DNA of 54,253 bases, from the IMG/VR virus record IMGVR_UViG_3300037258_001211, positions 1 to 54,253 of that record; one strand, 5' to 3'. Below are positions 53,181 to 54,253 of the stretch, one piece after another (position 1 is the stretch's first letter; every line of letters begins with the position of its first letter). The notes below the pieces were generated by a model. It saw only the letters and a list, made by a program, of their open reading frames with translations. It was not told the origin of the DNA and searched no databases. The stretch is from a virus. Its lineage: Duplodnaviria; Caudoviricetes. Position numbers and translations under genes: made by a program.

Positions 53181-53500
53181 CGCCCTCCATTAGGAACATA
53201 ACAAGAACATTGCGGACGCGAAAAGCGCCGCGTCACCCGCTCGAGCTTTTTCAGAAAGTCGTCTGGCGGCCGCCGCGCCCGATCTCCCTGCCGGCCGCCG
53301 ACCATCTTCGCCAGCGCCTCGGCCTCACGCTTCATCCGCCGCGCTTCCGCGCCGCCGTTCCGGATGTGGCACAGCGCGTGATGCACCGGGCAATACGGCG
53401 ATTCCGCCTGCCGCCCCGCCCCGCAGACCGCGCCCTCCTCTCCGATATAGCGGCACCCATCATGATCGTCCCACGTCCCGTTCAGCCCGGCGATATTCAC
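53177..53500 (-). CDS. Small Cys/His protein resembling the GcrA C-terminal motif
   Basis: GCRYIG...CGA....SPYCPVHHALC; GTGA coupling to the DUF6456 gene. Confidence 0.7.
   Translation of the reverse strand: MNIAGLNGTWDDHDGCRYIGEEGAVCGAGRQAESPYCPVHHALCHIRNGGAEARRMKREAEALAKMVGGRQGDRARRPPDDFLKKLERVTRRFSRPQCSCYVPNGGR
53194..53208. promoter_or_regulatory. Alphaproteobacterial LexA (SOS) box
   Basis: GAAC-ataacaa-GAAC (GTTC-N7-GTTC on minus), just upstream of the DUF6456 RBS. Confidence 0.6.
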
Positions 53501-53584
53501 GCGCCGCCCCCTCTTGCGAATGTCGCACGAGGGTTATATGATCGGCTCTTGCCATGTCAACACGATAATTGCGATATTGAGAAT

Positions 53585-54253
53585 ATGGACGCTGCATGGC
53601 TACATCAGGCGCTGCAACGCGCCGGCGCCTCGCAGGCCGATCTGGCGCGGCATCTGGGCCTCGCCGCCTCGGCGATTTCGCGCATGACCAGCGGCGAGCG
53701 CCAGGTCAAGGCGATCGAGGTGCCGCATATCGCGACCTTCCTCGGCGTCTCGCAGGAGGAGGTGCTGCGCCACGCCCTCACCGACGGCGCCACCGCCCCC
53801 GCCGAACCCGCCCGCCGCGGCCGCCCGCCCCGCTCGGCCTCGCCGATCGCCGCGGCCCCGCCCCCCGGCGGCGAACTCGTCCCGATCAAAAGCGCCGGGC
53901 GCGGCGGTACCGACCAGCAGATGTTCCTCGAAGACGGCCCGATCGGCTACACCCCGCGCCCGGCGAATCTCAACGGCGTCCGCGACGCCTATGCGATCTA
54001 CATGATCGGCGACTCGATGGAGCCGCGCTACGAGCAGGGCTGGCTCCTGCACGTCAACCCGTTCAAGCCCCCCACCCGCGGCCGCGACGTCGTCCTCTAC
54101 AAGACCAGCCAAGCGGTCCTCATCAAGCAATTCGTCGGCTGGCAGGGCGACCACCTCGTCCTGCGCCAGCTCAACCCCGACGAAATCCTCCGCATCCCCC
54201 GCGCCGAGATCGTCGAGTGCCATCTGATCGTCGGCGTGGATCAGGAGGGATAA
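53585..54253 (+). CDS. XRE HTH + S24 peptidase repressor (CI/LexA-like, RogA-like position)
   Basis: SQADLARHLGLAASAISRM HTH; AG cleavage-type site; GDSMEPRY; VLIKQF. Confidence 0.92.
   Translation: MDAAWLHQALQRAGASQADLARHLGLAASAISRMTSGERQVKAIEVPHIATFLGVSQEEVLRHALTDGATAPAEPARRGRPPRSASPIAAAPPPGGELVPIKSAGRGGTDQQMFLEDGPIGYTPRPANLNGVRDAYAIYMIGDSMEPRYEQGWLLHVNPFKPPTRGRDVVLYKTSQAVLIKQFVGWQGDHLVLRQLNPDEILRIPRAEIVECHLIVGVDQEG

Noticed and set aside
1-54253. CRISPR array, rRNA or IS transposase
   Set aside because: No regularly spaced repeat-spacer series, rRNA-like sequence or transposase motifs seen

Overview
Most of the window (1 to about 52310) is a temperate prophage, probably in a high-GC alphaproteobacterium (host assignment inferred from GcrA/DnaA-C-type genes, a DUF6456 gene and a GAAC-N7-GAAC LexA box). 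Its left end lies outside the window. The minus-strand late region has a podovirus layout (terminases, portal, scaffold, capsid, tail tubular A/B, three ejection proteins, tailspikes, lysis genes). The early region is lambdoid: cro/repressor switch with four GTTGG-N5-CCAA(C/A) operators, replication initiator, RusA, ERF/YqaJ recombination, Xis/Int. The prophage appears to be inserted into the small-terminase-like first gene of a second, GTA-like locus (S24 repressor divergent from a DUF6456 activator operon). Most notable: (1) a Mom-family DNA-modification gene whose 3' end encodes a 69-nt tRNA-Gly-like cloverleaf with CCA, a candidate dedicated glycyl donor; (2) a phage NusG/RfaH paralog followed by a promoter and tandem ops-like elements at the head of the late operon; (3) two paralogous tailspikes and a small spike-like protein that all carry Sec-type signal peptides; (4) a tail adaptor made of three tandem copies of the usual domain; (5) a stand-alone tRNA-Leu(UAA) with an atypical C73. 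All family assignments come from motif recognition by eye, not database searches.
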